A DNA stretch of 64,000 nucleotides from an uncultured Methanosarcinaceae archaeon (GCA_963727895.1 CAVSHT010000013.1:1-64000); one strand, 5' to 3'. Shown: positions 1 to 13,191, numbered from the stretch's first letter. Numbers and translations: made by a program. Notes: generated by a model not told the origin, from the letters alone.

Positions 1-103
1 TGGAACTACACGTTCTACTCTCAACTTCGCAAAGGCGACTTTCGATGCCCTTAACCAGGTCAACGTTATGAGGTTGCCAGTGTACCGTAAGGAGGAAGCT
101 TGA
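1..103 (+). CDS. rps5p: 30S ribosomal protein S5, 3' end (partial)
   Basis: Frame from nt 2 reads [33 protein letters not shown], the S5 C-terminal motif; lies directly upstream of L30. Confidence 0.9.
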   Translation, partial: GTTRSTLNFAKATFDALNQVNVMRLPVYRKEEA

Positions 104-104
104 G

Positions 105-999
<895 letters not shown>

Positions 1000-1144
1000 G
1001 TAATGTCACATCGACATTACTTATTTTAATTCTTTTGGTAACTTTTTCATATTAGGTGTACACTATAGTTACCAATATCTTACGGTAAAACGTAGTCTAA
1101 CATTTTAAGCATTATAAATAAATTTATTTTACATGGTGTAATCG

Positions 1145-2626
1145 ATGACTCTCAGGGATACGTTAGAACCGTTTTTTGACAAGTTACCTGCAGTAGCAAG
1201 TCCGGAAAAACATGTCCATTTTAAGGATAAGCTTTGGTGGACTCTGGGAGTCCTTGTGCTGTACTTTGCTCTGGCAAATGTGCCGCTTTTTGGGATGTCC
1301 CGGAATTCGATTGACCTTTTTGAATCTTATCGTGCTTTCTTTGCAGGCGCATCTGGATCTCTTCTTCTCCTAGGTATTGGACCTATTGTTACGGCTTCGA
1401 TTGTCCTGCAACTTCTTGTTGGGGCAGATATTATCAAAATGGATCTGTCAGACCCTAAAGATCAGGCATTCTTCCAGGGAGCTCAGAAGTTCCTTGTGTT
1501 TATTATGATCATACTGGAAGCGCTGCCACAACTACTTGGTGGATATATTCAGCCGGACTCAGGGCTTGCTTCTACACTCGGTGTAAGCCCGGGAGTGATT
1601 ACCTTCTTGCTTCTTATCCAGATTTTCGTTGGAGGCGTAGTCATCCTTTTCATGGATGAAGTGGTTTCCAAATGGGGTATCGGGTCAGGAGTTGGGCTTT
1701 TCATTGTTGCGGGAATTTCCGAGCAGATTGTTACAGGCCTCATTAACTGGCAGACTGACTCTTCGTCAGGGCTTCCAGTAGGACTGATTCCGAAATGGAT
1801 TTACATTGCTCAGAATGTTGGAGCAGATTACCTTCTCTCCGGTGAAGGAGTATTGTATATGCTGGTTACTGGAGGGATTCTTGCACTGATAAGTACCATA
1901 ATGATCTTCCTATTTGTGGTATATGTGGAAAGTACGAGGATTGAAATTCCTCTCGCTCACAGTGCAGTTAGAGGGGCAAGAGGCCGTTTTCCTGTTAAAT
2001 TAATATATTCTTCGGTGTTGCCGATGATTCTTGTCAGAGCTCTTCAGGCTAACATCCAGATGATAGGGATCATTCTTTCCAGCAGGGGAATCACTTTCCT
2101 TGGAAAGTTCAGCGGGTCTAGTCCAGTAAATGGAATTATGTATTACCTTGCTCCAATACGCAGCCCTTATGATTGGATTCCATCTCTTGTGAAGCAGTCC
2201 TTCTCAAGTTATGGAGCGGCACCTCCTGCAATGTGGCAGATTGGACTTCACGTCTTCACAGATGCTTTTATGCTTATTGTGGGGGGAATTATCTTCTCTC
2301 TATTCTGGATAGAAACAACGGGCATGGGAGCTAAACCAACAGCTGAGAAGATTTTCAACTCTGGTATGCAGATTCCTGGTTTCAGACGGAATATTAGTAG
2401 TATCGAAAAAGTTACGCAGCGTTATATTCCCAAAGTTACCGTAATAGGTGGAGCTTTCATAGGAGCACTTACCCTGGTTGCTAGCCTTCTTGGTACTCTT
2501 GGAAGTGCAGGAGGTACAGGATTGCTGCTTACTGTGAGTATCGTATATCGGCTGTACGAGGATATCGCATCTGAACAGATGATGGAAATGCACCCGATGA
2601 TCCGTTCTTTCTTCGGGGAGCAGTAA
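1145..2626 (+). CDS. secY: Preprotein translocase subunit SecY
   Basis: LGIGPIVTASIVLQLL, WGIGSGVGLFI, GMQIPGFR, GTGLLLTV; multiple TM segments. Confidence 0.98.
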   Translation: MTLRDTLEPFFDKLPAVASPEKHVHFKDKLWWTLGVLVLYFALANVPLFGMSRNSIDLFESYRAFFAGASGSLLLLGIGPIVTASIVLQLLVGADIIKMDLSDPKDQAFFQGAQKFLVFIMIILEALPQLLGGYIQPDSGLASTLGVSPGVITFLLLIQIFVGGVVILFMDEVVSKWGIGSGVGLFIVAGISEQIVTGLINWQTDSSSGLPVGLIPKWIYIAQNVGADYLLSGEGVLYMLVTGGILALISTIMIFLFVVYVESTRIEIPLAHSAVRGARGRFPVKLIYSSVLPMILVRALQANIQMIGIILSSRGITFLGKFSGSSPVNGIMYYLAPIRSPYDWIPSLVKQSFSSYGAAPPAMWQIGLHVFTDAFMLIVGGIIFSLFWIETTGMGAKPTAEKIFNSGMQIPGFRRNISSIEKVTQRYIPKVTVIGGAFIGALTLVASLLGTLGSAGGTGLLLTVSIVYRLYEDIASEQMMEMHPMIRSFFGEQ

Positions 2627-2701
2627 GTTTGTTTTGACATGAAAAAGTAATCGACTAAATGTTACTTAAACAACTAAAGGATAAAACACAGGGATCTTCG
2701 A

Positions 2702-3349
2702 ATGAATATAATACTCTTTGGGCCTCCAGGTGCCGGAAAAGGTACTCAGGCCAAAAAAATGGTTGATTTCTACGGAATCCCGCAGATCTCTACTGGAGAT
2801 ATCCTGCGGGCTAATGTCAGGGAAGGAACCGAACTTGGGCTTGCAGCCAAGGCATATATGGACAAAGGAGAACTAGTTCCTGATAATGTGCTTATAGGGA
2901 TTATTAAGAACCGTCTGAAAGAACAGGACTGTAATAAGGGTTTTATCCTTGACGGATATCCAAGGACAATACCCCAAGCCGACGCTCTTTCAATTATTCT
3001 TAACGAAATCAATAAGCCCATCGATGTTGTTCTTAACCTCGAGGTGCCTGATGAAGAACTGGTAGAAAGAATAAGCGGTCGCCTTGTGTGCAACTGCGGT
3101 GCAAGCTACCACAGGATCTTAAATCCACCGAAGAAGGAGGATTTCTGCGATATTTGTGGTGGTCATGTTTTCCAGCGTGACGACGACAAAGAAGAAGCTG
3201 TGAAGAATCGACTTAATGTCTATAAAAAGCAGACTGAACCTCTTATTGACTACTATTCAAAGCAGGATATTCTGGTAACTCTTGATGGAACCAAAGATAT
3301 AAATGATGTTTTTGAAGATCTAAAAGCAATTCTTACAAAATTTGCTTAA
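2702..3349 (+). CDS. adk: Adenylate kinase (bacterial-type, Zn lid)
   Basis: GPPGAGKGT P-loop, ISTGDILR, LDGYPRT, Cys-containing lid. Confidence 0.97.
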   Translation: MNIILFGPPGAGKGTQAKKMVDFYGIPQISTGDILRANVREGTELGLAAKAYMDKGELVPDNVLIGIIKNRLKEQDCNKGFILDGYPRTIPQADALSIILNEINKPIDVVLNLEVPDEELVERISGRLVCNCGASYHRILNPPKKEDFCDICGGHVFQRDDDKEEAVKNRLNVYKKQTEPLIDYYSKQDILVTLDGTKDINDVFEDLKAILTKFA

Positions 3350-3526
3350 AATCTTCATTCTTTTTCTTTTTATAAGTTTTTTATCTCTCGATTATTTCTT
3401 TCCCTCTGTGATATTATAATAAAAAGTCTATTTTTCTTTCTCTTCCACTCGATTCAAACAATTAATATTTAAATAATATGCGGGTTTTTATGTCATCAAG
3501 GACTGCGACGGAGAATTTGATTCAAT

Positions 3527-3805
3527 ATGACTGAAAACTCAATCGATGAACTGGTTAACTGGGTTATCAGTGTTGACCGCCGTTTGATTCTTCTGAATTC
3601 TTTGAAAAGACACACTTTTGTCCGGGCTTCAGATATTGCCCATGAATCAAGCCGATCTACACAAAATATTAGTCACGCTTTAAAGGAATTTGAAGACAAA
3701 GGCTTAATTCAATGTCTAACTCCTGAAAAAACCACATGGAAAAAATATGTTCTGACAGATTCAGGAAAAAAAGTTTTGGAAAAGTTGGATGGGATCCATC
3801 TTTAA
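3527..3805 (+). CDS. Winged-helix transcriptional regulator
   Basis: 92 aa; ASDIAHESSRSTQNISHALKEFEDKGLI helix-turn-helix and YVLTDSG wing. Confidence 0.8.
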   Translation: MTENSIDELVNWVISVDRRLILLNSLKRHTFVRASDIAHESSRSTQNISHALKEFEDKGLIQCLTPEKTTWKKYVLTDSGKKVLEKLDGIHL

Positions 3806-3858
3806 CTAACTGAACTCAAAAAATTATATTATTCTGAACTTTCAAGGTCTTAAGTCTT

Positions 3859-4461
3859 TCAGTCCCGCTTTCTTTCTTGCAATGTGCTTGGACATACATT
3901 TTCTTCTTCAAGCGTCAGAACTCTATACCCTAGAACTTTATATCCTTTTACCAGCTTAAGATTTTCTCTGATAACGGATTTTTTAAATTCTGCAAGGTCT
4001 ATTGTGATATTTTCAAGAACGTTTATGTTTTTCTTTTCTGTGAGAACCGCTCCATCGGGGACTACTTTATGTGAAGGAACTTCGATTCCGCGAACAATGG
4101 CTTTGTGGAGAACAAGCGTATCTTCTCCAATATTGCAGTCGAATACTAAGGCTCCGAACCCAACAAAACAGTTTTTTCCAATTTCACAGGGCCCATGTAC
4201 TATGCATCCGTGTGCAAGAGATGTGTTGTTTCCTATTTTCACTTTCGAATTGGAAAGGGAATGAATTACAACATTGTCCTGGACGTTACAATTTCTCTGA
4301 ATAATTATCGAAGAGCCTGGTTTGTCTGCTCTTATTACTGCATTCGGTCCAATAAATACGTTTTCTTCTATAGTTACATTTCCTATTATTAAAGCAGTAT
4401 CAAATATCCAGGCTTTACTACTTATTTTTGGGAATTGTCCATCAGGATTTGGAAGCTGCAT
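3859..4461 (-). CDS. camH: Gamma-class carbonic anhydrase, cytoplasmic CamH-type
   Basis: Hexapeptide repeats, IRAD, NVQDNVVIH, LAHGCIVH (His metal ligands); no signal peptide. Confidence 0.85.
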   Translation of the reverse strand: MQLPNPDGQFPKISSKAWIFDTALIIGNVTIEENVFIGPNAVIRADKPGSSIIIQRNCNVQDNVVIHSLSNSKVKIGNNTSLAHGCIVHGPCEIGKNCFVGFGALVFDCNIGEDTLVLHKAIVRGIEVPSHKVVPDGAVLTEKKNINVLENITIDLAEFKKSVIRENLKLVKGYKVLGYRVLTLEEENVCPSTLQERKRD

Positions 4462-4649
4462 TTTTTAGACTCCTTCTATTTTGTTGTCAAATTTATTTTT
4501 TCATCTTTCCAGGTGGTTATGTATTTTTATGATAAATTATGAGAATATATTTAAAGATATTTTCTTACTTTTTTCTATTCAGAGTTCTTTTTTGATAGGA
4601 CTGCCTAAATTGCGCTTCAGGATCACAGAAAATCTCCGATTTCCTGGGA

Positions 4650-4708
4650 GTTGCGATGTAGTCGCAACAGCACGACTTCCTTTTCGCTTCGCTCAAGAGG
4701 ACTGAATT
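4650..4708. repeat. REP-like dispersed palindromic repeat
   Basis: GTTGCGA-N5-TCGCAAC hairpin plus CCTTTTCGCTTCGCTCAAGAGG; the core recurs at 36466-36489 and, inverted, at 39982-40005. Confidence 0.7.
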
Positions 4709-4797
4709 TAGGGCAAGAAAAGATAATTTTCAATTCGTTCAAAAAAGCTCATTTACCTTAATTCAGTTTTGGATCTTTAGGTTCTTGGCATAACCTA

Positions 4798-4845
4798 AAA
4801 ATGATTTATTGCAAACTTTCAAAACAGCTTGCAATAAATCATTTT
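4798..4845. repeat. 17-bp perfect inverted repeat
   Basis: AAAATGATTTATTGCAA-N14-TTGCAATAAATCATTTT. Confidence 0.75.
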
Positions 4846-5199
4846 CAAAAAAAGCTTGAGTGAAAAAATCTCCCTCAACGGCATGGTCACATAGATTGAT
4901 TTATATATAAAAACGCAGAGCTCCTTAAAATGGGTGATTCCTAAAATTAACCTTTTAGTGATTTCCTGGTACTTTGAAGTTTAAAATTTGAGGAAATTTA
5001 TCTGAAAATTTGTTTCTATGTTATTCCAGGGAATAATCAACTTGAATTTCATCAAATAGTATAACTTATATATACATCAACACTTATTATCCAGAAAAAC
5101 CTGTATAATCGTTTAAAATCGGCTCTTTGATCGAGATGTGTTATCAAGAGTTACAATATCTTAGGCTTGTAAAGCCTCAATTTATAGGAATTCTTCCAC

Positions 5200-5865
5200 T
5201 TGAAGATCTCAGAATCATTATTGAACCTGAATGGTGAGAACAACTTGGTTTCAGAGACATTAAAAAAGCAAATAGACCGATTCCTGCTGGCTCTCGGTTT
5301 TTCCCTTATGATTGGGATTATGGTTCTTGGAAAGGATTTCAGGACTGCTGTCGGGGAAGCTGTAGGGGTTTTAATGAATCCCTTACTTGCTTTAGTTGGA
5401 CAGCAAAATTTCCATCTGATCCTCTTGGTAATGGCTGCTATTACTGCTATTTATTCATCTCTTATCCAGAAGTATACAATTGACTGGGATCTTATGAGAA
5501 ATACCCAGGAAAGGATGAAGGTTTTCCAGAAGGAATTCAGGGAGGCGCAGCTTTCCCAGAATACCTATATGCTGAAAAAACTTGAAGATCAGCGCCAAGA
5601 GATGATGGAAGACCAGATGAAAATGTCCAAGCAGCAATTCAAGCCTATGGCTTACATCAGTATTATCTCCCTTCCTCTATTTTATTGGGCTTATTATTAC
5701 ATCAGCGGGCACGGGAATGCTACTATGGTCTTTCCATTCTGGGGTGAACAGTTGCTGACTTCTCATGCTTTCTTGTATTTCCAAAAATGGTTGTACTGGT
5801 ACTTTATCTGCTCTCTAGGAGTTAGTCAGCTTATCAGAAAGGCACTGAATATCGGTGGGGTCTGA
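5200..5865 (+). CDS. DUF106 / EMC3-TMCO1 (Oxa1-superfamily) membrane protein
   Basis: TM-coiled coil-TM architecture, QQFKPM, WLYWYFICS; conserved position before cmk. Start codon uncertain. Confidence 0.9.
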   Translation: MKISESLLNLNGENNLVSETLKKQIDRFLLALGFSLMIGIMVLGKDFRTAVGEAVGVLMNPLLALVGQQNFHLILLVMAAITAIYSSLIQKYTIDWDLMRNTQERMKVFQKEFREAQLSQNTYMLKKLEDQRQEMMEDQMKMSKQQFKPMAYISIISLPLFYWAYYYISGHGNATMVFPFWGEQLLTSHAFLYFQKWLYWYFICSLGVSQLIRKALNIGGV

Positions 5866-6407
5866 TGAGGATAACAGTTAGTGGGCTTCCTGGAAGTGGA
5901 ACAACAACAATCTCAAGACTTCTTGGGGAATATTATGAGCTCGAACTGATTTCCTCAGGAGAAGTTTTCAGGAAGATAGCAAAGGAGAAGGGTATGAGTC
6001 TGGCAGAATTTGGAACTATGGCCGAAAAAGACCCTTCAATTGATCTAGCTATCGATAAAAATCAGAGAGCCGTTATTCACAGTCATGATAATCTGATCCT
6101 TGAAAGCAGGCTTGCAGGTCATATGGCTAAAGATGTCCCTAATGTTCTTAAAATCTGGATTAAGGCTCCTTTACCTGTTCGAGTAAAGCGTATCTTAAGA
6201 CGGGAAAAATCAGTATCTTTTGAAGAAGAGCTCGAAAAAACAGTTCAGAGAGAAAAATCTGAAGCTCTCCGTTATATAAATTATTACAATATTAATATTG
6301 ATGATCTCTCTATTTATGATATTGTTATTGATTCTGAAAAATGGAATCAATATCAGATCCTTGATATCCTCAGGACTGCTATTGATTCTCTTATGGGACC
6401 AGAGTAA
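5865..6407 (+). CDS. cmk: Cytidylate kinase
   Basis: ITVSGLPGSGTTT, ESRLAG; archaeal Cmk context. Confidence 0.95.
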   Translation: MRITVSGLPGSGTTTISRLLGEYYELELISSGEVFRKIAKEKGMSLAEFGTMAEKDPSIDLAIDKNQRAVIHSHDNLILESRLAGHMAKDVPNVLKIWIKAPLPVRVKRILRREKSVSFEEELEKTVQREKSEALRYINYYNINIDDLSIYDIVIDSEKWNQYQILDILRTAIDSLMGPE

Positions 6408-6530
6408 TTTTTTCAAGAAGCCATCAAAGGCTGATTTTTATAAAATCATAGAGTTTATTTCCTGATCTTGTAATGAATTACTTTCAGATCTTATTATTTA
6501 TACATTCAACTTGGGAGTTTTTGAAAAACT

Positions 6531-7547
6531 ATGTCCTCTGCCGGCAAATTGCCATCTGAAGCTGAAAGAACCCTGGTCCGAAAATCTCGTGCATGGACTA
6601 ATCCTTCTTACGGTTTTTATCCGGAAAAACGTCCTATTCTTGAGTATATTGAGAAAGGAGTTGTAAATATTGATAAACCAAAAGGGCCAACAAGCCATGA
6701 GGTTGCAGCCTGGATAAAGGATATTCTTGGTGTAAATACGGCAGGTCATGCAGGTTCGCTTGATCCCAAGGTTACGGGACTTTTGCCCACCTTAATTGGA
6801 AAGGCTACAAAGGCTGTTCCTGCTCTGCGCCTTTCCGGAAAGGAATATGTCTGCATTCTGAAGCTTCATAAGGAAATGCCTCAAAAACTGGTTCGGAAGG
6901 TCTGTGAGGAATTCACAGGTCCTATCTACCAGATGCCTCCTATCAAATCAGCTGTCAAACGAGTTATCAGAATAAGGACGATTTATTATCTTGAGGTACT
7001 TGAAATTGAAGGCAGTTCGGTGCTCTTTCGCGTAGGCTGCGAAGCCGGAACTTATATCCGGAAACTCTGTCATGATATAGGGCTTGCTCTGGGGTGCGGT
7101 GGACATATGCAGGAACTCAGGAGGACAAAAGCAGGTCCGTTTACCGAGGAAACTCTTGTTACCCTTCAGGATCTGAAAGATGCATATGTATTCTGGAAAG
7201 AGGACGGGGATGAGTCCGAACTCAGGAGGATAATAATGCCAATGGAAACAGCTGTATCCCATCTCCCCAAAATTATCCTGCGGGACAGTGCAGTAGATGC
7301 GGTTTGTTCGGGTGCGGCTCTAGCAGTTCCGGGCGTCACAAGCTTGGATGCAAATCTTAAGAAAGGAGATCTTACGGCATTGTTTACACTTAAGGGTGAA
7401 GTTGTTGCCCTAGCAAAAGCTGAAATAAGTACAGAAGAGCTCCTTAGAGCTTCGACTGGAATTGCAGCGACCTCGCTTCGGGTTATGATGGAAGCTGGGA
7501 CTTATCCGAAAGGATGGACTAAAAAAGAGGATAATGTTAAACTCTAA
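6531..7547 (+). CDS. cbf5: H/ACA RNA-guided pseudouridine synthase Cbf5 (TruB family)
   Basis: DKPKGPTSHEV, GHAGSLDPKVTG (catalytic Asp), GTYIRKLCHD, C-terminal PUA domain. Confidence 0.97.
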   Translation: MSSAGKLPSEAERTLVRKSRAWTNPSYGFYPEKRPILEYIEKGVVNIDKPKGPTSHEVAAWIKDILGVNTAGHAGSLDPKVTGLLPTLIGKATKAVPALRLSGKEYVCILKLHKEMPQKLVRKVCEEFTGPIYQMPPIKSAVKRVIRIRTIYYLEVLEIEGSSVLFRVGCEAGTYIRKLCHDIGLALGCGGHMQELRRTKAGPFTEETLVTLQDLKDAYVFWKEDGDESELRRIIMPMETAVSHLPKIILRDSAVDAVCSGAALAVPGVTSLDANLKKGDLTALFTLKGEVVALAKAEISTEELLRASTGIAATSLRVMMEAGTYPKGWTKKEDNVKL

Positions 7548-7741
7548 CTTTTTACATTCTTTTATGAACTCTATACACTTAGAATAAAGTTTATATATCA
7601 CTATTCCTTATGGTATAAGTCGTGCCATAAACATTGTGACAACCTTTCCAAAGCAACCTTTTTGAGGAAAAGCTTGACCAAGATTAGGCGTATAAGTCAT
7701 GTATAAAATTATGACATAAACAATTCGTATCTACATTTTGT

Positions 7742-7824
7742 GCCGAGGTAGTCTAGTGGTAGGGCGCAAGCCTGGAAAGCTTGTGGGGCTTAGCCCCTCG
7801 GGAGTTCAAATCTCCCCCTCGGCG
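7742..7824 (+). tRNA. tRNA-Ser(GGA)
   Basis: Acceptor GCCGAGG/CCTCGGC, anticodon arm CAAGC-CTGGAAA-GCTTG, long variable arm, T-arm GGGAG-TTCAAAT-CTCCC. Confidence 0.95.
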
Positions 7825-8116
7825 TCAGACTCTTCTTACTTCTAAAATGTTCAAGTTTCTCAGTATTTTCTTTGTATATTTCAATGTTTTTCTTGATCTT
7901 ACCTGTGAAGTTTCCGTTTCTATGTGGCGTTGGATCATATTTAGTAATGAAGCGGGTGCAGATATCCTTATATACTGGGAATTTCATGTAAATGCACTCA
8001 TCAGTATATGCTGTAAAGAAGCTCCTTTAGTGAGCTGCTCCTGACTTTTTCGTATTCCTTAAGGGTATTCGATCAGGGGCTACAGGATGCTGTATGCATT
8101 CCCTAGGAGGGAGTAT

Positions 8117-8576
<460 letters not shown>

Positions 8577-8597
8577 TTTTTCATCAGGTGATTTTAA

Positions 8598-9632
<1,035 letters not shown>

Positions 9633-9692
9633 GGGGATTTTCTAAAATTCTCTTTTTTGAATGAATTTAAATAATAAGGGAAATTAAGGAAT

Positions 9693-10493
9693 ATGACGAT
9701 GGAAGTAGACATTCTGGAGTTATCGGATAGATCTGCAAAATTCGTGCTTTCAAAAGTTAGTACCTCTTTTGCCAACGGCATTCGGCGTGCCATGATCGCA
9801 GATGTACCTACTCTTGCGATCGAATATGTGAACCTCTATGACAACACCTCGGTACTCTATGATGAGCAGCTGGCTCTACGTCTGTCCTTAATCCCACTAG
9901 TAACAGATGTAGAGACTTATGTGCCACAGGCAGAATGCGATGTTTGTGGTGGAGAAGGTTGTCCTGCCTGTGAGGTTTCGTTAACCCTCAGTGCAGAAGG
10001 TCCTTGTACTGTATATTCGCGGGATCTTATCTCTTCTGATCCAAAGATACAACCGGCTGACCTCAATATACCTATTGTTGAGCTGAAAAAAGGACAGAAG
10101 CTTGTGCTTGAAGCTATTGCTCATATGGGTTACGGTAGAGATAGCGTTAAATGGCAAGCAGGGGTTGCCTGCGGCTATAAGAACGTGCCTATTATAACCA
10201 TTGAAAAGTGTGACGCATGTGGGCACTGCGCAGCCGAATGTCCAAAAAGCATCATAAGGATTGAAGAGTCAGGGGCTAAAGTTTCGGAAGAAGATATTCT
10301 CAAGTGTTCTTTCTGCAGGCTTTGTGAACAGGTCTGTGACATTCATGCAATAAACATTGGTTTCAATGAGAATGCTTTTGTATTTACAATGGAGTCCGAT
10401 GGTTCTTATACAGCCAAAGAGCTTGCTCTTAATGCGGCAAATGTAGTAAAAGGTAAATCTGAAGAACTTTTGAGTATTTTGGATCAGTTCTGA
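9693..10493 (+). CDS. rpoD: RNA polymerase subunit D (Rpo3) with ferredoxin-like domain
   Basis: ANGIRRAMIADVPTLAI, LALRLSLIPL; CDACGHCAAECP and CSFCRLCEQVC Fe-S motifs. Confidence 0.96.
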   Translation: MTMEVDILELSDRSAKFVLSKVSTSFANGIRRAMIADVPTLAIEYVNLYDNTSVLYDEQLALRLSLIPLVTDVETYVPQAECDVCGGEGCPACEVSLTLSAEGPCTVYSRDLISSDPKIQPADLNIPIVELKKGQKLVLEAIAHMGYGRDSVKWQAGVACGYKNVPIITIEKCDACGHCAAECPKSIIRIEESGAKVSEEDILKCSFCRLCEQVCDIHAINIGFNENAFVFTMESDGSYTAKELALNAANVVKGKSEELLSILDQF

Positions 10494-10735
10494 ATCAGTT
10501 TGTATTCAGATCCAAATCCTATTTTTTGGGATTAAGGTTTTTTAGTCTTAAATATCTCAATGAATAGATGTTTCTGTGACCCTTTTATCTTACTATAATT
10601 TTTCAAAAACTTGTTTTATACTGTCTTCATGGCTCGAAATGTTTATATATTATCCATGATATGTGAGGAAGTGAAATGCGTAAAGCATACCGAATACGGT
10701 GATGAAATAATACTAACTTAATGATCAAACGAGAT

Positions 10736-10823
10736 GCGAGGGTTGCCCAGCCAGGTCAAAGGCGCTAGGTTGAGGGCCTAGTTTCGTAGGAATTCGTGGG
10801 TTCGAATCCCATCCCTCGCACCA
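10736..10823 (+). tRNA. tRNA-Leu(GAG), copy 1 (CCA encoded)
   Basis: GCGAGGG/CCCTCGC acceptor; anticodon arm CTAGG-TTGAGGG-CCTAG; GTTCGAATC; ends ACCA. Confidence 0.95.
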
Positions 10824-10919
10824 ATTTCTTAATCTGTTAAGTTAAAAAACTTTGACTTTTGTAGATTTTTAAACGGTATTTTATAGAATTTTGGATTATT
10901 TATTTGTAACATCCTTAAT

Positions 10920-11004
10920 GCGAGGGTTGCCCAGCCAGGTCAAAGGCGCCAGGTTGAGGGCCTGGTTTCGTAGGAATTCGTGGGTTCGAATCCCATCCCT
11001 CGCA
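10920..11004 (+). tRNA. tRNA-Leu(GAG), copy 2
   Basis: Same as copy 1 except anticodon stem CCAGG/CCTGG; no encoded CCA. Confidence 0.93.
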
Positions 11005-11364
11005 TCAATGTTTTTTCTTAAAATAATGAAAAATCTCAGGAGTTAATTGAAGTTTTTATTTTTGGTATTCAGATTCTTGACAAAAATCTGAGCTTGCTGT
11101 ATCTATAATCGTTGGTCTTCAGTATTGTTGGTTTTCTTTCCAATATACACAGGGATGTCAACCTGAACCTGCTTTTTTTCCAGCCTAATATTTTGCTTAT
11201 GAGGTACCAGTGCGCTGTATAATTCTGGAAAGTACTACACAAATTTGTGAATTACAGCTGATGTTTTAGCAATATCCTTAAATACGTCTTCAATCTTTAT
11301 TGTTGTCGCAACAACAGTTGCATTCACAACTATTTAACTGTTCATAACTAAGGAGGAGCATCAC

Positions 11365-11823
11365 ATGGACAAGATGCCACTCGGAGCATTAATCTCTATA
11401 ACATATCGCAGTAATTTTGTGAGGATAAACAATCAGATGAAAGAATTTGGTCTTTCAGCAGGCCAGTTTTTCGTACTCATAATGCTTTCGGACGAGCAGG
11501 GTATTACACAGGACACGATTGCCGGAAGACTGCTTATCGATAAGGGAAGTATAGCTCGGGCGGTTAATGTTCTTGAGGATAAAGGTCTGGTCAAACGTAT
11601 CACCGATGAGAATAATCGTCGGGCTGTACGTCTTCATCTTACGGAAACGGGGGAACAGCTCATCCCAGAAGTCGTTAGAATATACAGGGAATGGGAAGAA
11701 GCTGCATTTTCAGGACTCACAGAAGAAGAGAAGGTACAGGCAAAACTACTGCTCCTCAAAATAGCACAGAACAGTTACAAAGCTGCTTATGAAAACGGTG
11801 AAAAAAATGGAAAAAGTTTGTAG
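11365..11823 (+). CDS. MarR-family transcriptional regulator
   Basis: GLSAGQF, ITQDTIA, LEDKGLVKR, NRRAVRLHLTETG. Confidence 0.92.
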   Translation: MDKMPLGALISITYRSNFVRINNQMKEFGLSAGQFFVLIMLSDEQGITQDTIAGRLLIDKGSIARAVNVLEDKGLVKRITDENNRRAVRLHLTETGEQLIPEVVRIYREWEEAAFSGLTEEEKVQAKLLLLKIAQNSYKAAYENGEKNGKSL

Positions 11824-13070
11824 TGAAAGACCTGCAATAAATGGTCAAAAACAAAAATATGAGACTTTAAAACTTATCGTGATATTAAGTGCATCTATGC
11901 TGACTATAATGGGGTCTGCTGCAGTTGCGCCGGCATTGCCGGAGATGCTTGAATATTTTGTTAATGTACCAAATGCAAGTCTACTTGTGTCCATGGTAGT
12001 CACACTACCGGCACTTGGTATCATTATCAGTTCTCCTTTTATCGGTATTCTTGCTGACAGATACAGCAGGAAGAAGATACTAATGGTATCACTTGCCATA
12101 TTTGCGCTTGTAGGTGTAACTGGTGCATTCCTCAATTCACTCTACATAATACTTGCCTTCAGGTTATTACTTGGAGTTGGTATTGCAGGAATGACAATCT
12201 GCACATCGGCACTTCTTGCCGATAACTATACTGGTGCTGAGCTGAAGAAAAAGACCGCACTTCAGGCGGCATGTATGGGTTTTGGAGCTGCGGTACTTCA
12301 ACTAGCAGGCGGCGCCCTTGCAGGAATAAACTGGCATTCTTCTTATTACATATACCTTATTTCACTGCTGATAATTCCAGGAGTCATTCTCTCAATAAAT
12401 GGATCAAAAAGAAGCAGCAATCATGGTCATGGGAAAGTCGGAAATGTCATGGCAAATGAAAAAAGAGACCCCCTCAAGGAGTATAATTCTAATCTATATA
12501 GCCACGTTCACTCTCTTGGTTCTGTTTCTTTCCATACCTACAAAGCTTCCATTCGTCCTGAATGAAAAAGGCATCTCATCAACACTAATGATTGGAGCTC
12601 TGATCTCAATTCCTGGATTATTTGCTACAGCAGGTGGACTGGGGAACATTATAGTATCAAGAAATCTATCAGAGATCCAGACGAACTGCATCTTCTTTTT
12701 CATTCTTGGAATCGGCATCTATATCCTTTCCCTAGCCTCTAATACCTCAATTCTGATCATTGGATTGATGATGGTTGGTCTTGCATTTGGGGTAATAAAC
12801 GCTACCAATATGAGCTGGCTTGGCAGGATCGCTCCGGAACACTCACGTGGCAAGATATTTTCCGGATTTACAACTATACTTTTTGCCGGAGAATTTCTCA
12901 GTCCCATAGTTATTCAACCCCTTCTCAAAATAGGTACACTCTATGATGCTTATGCATTCTTGGGAATTGCTGGAATTGTACTGGGAGTTATCTTTGGTGT
13001 GGCAAGTATCATGAGAATTGTTGAGCCACCAATCATAATTCCTCATCCTATCAAGGTAAAAGCAAAATAA
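11807..13070 (+). CDS. MFS drug-efflux-type transporter (frameshift near 12460)
   Basis: VAPALP, GILADRYSRKK motif A; the second half (HSRGKIFS) continues in another frame after an A-run at about 12458-12463. Confidence 0.85.
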
Positions 13071-13091
13071 TAAGTGAATTAATTCTAACAA

Positions 13092-13156
13092 TAAACTAAA
13101 CTAAACTAAAATAAAATAAAATAAAATAAAATAAAATAAAATAAAATAAAATAAAA
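13092..13156. repeat. Pentanucleotide microsatellite (TAAAC)3(TAAAA)10
   Basis: Read directly downstream of the MFS stop. Confidence 0.9.
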
Positions 13157-13191
13157 TCAAAGACAGGTTTTATTCTTTACCTGTCTTTTTT

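Noticed and set aside
7781..8044. 87-aa ORF overlapping tRNA-Ser, and the many antisense ORFs inside housekeeping genes
   Set aside because: Shadow ORFs over established genes with no recognisable motifs.
10180..10345. Fe-S ferredoxin-like domain in RpoD
   Set aside because: Already a known property of Methanosarcina RpoD, so not novel.
10695..10735. GTGATGA as the C box of a C/D sRNA upstream of tRNA-Leu
   Set aside because: No properly placed CTGA D box found.
10920..11004. tRNA duplicate as an attL/attR site of an integrated element
   Set aside because: It is a full-length copy with a compensatory change, only about 100 bp from copy 1; no integrase seen.
11821..11823. TAG stop of MarR as a pyrrolysine codon
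   Set aside because: The protein is already full length for MarR and the stop overlaps the next gene; nothing supports readthrough.
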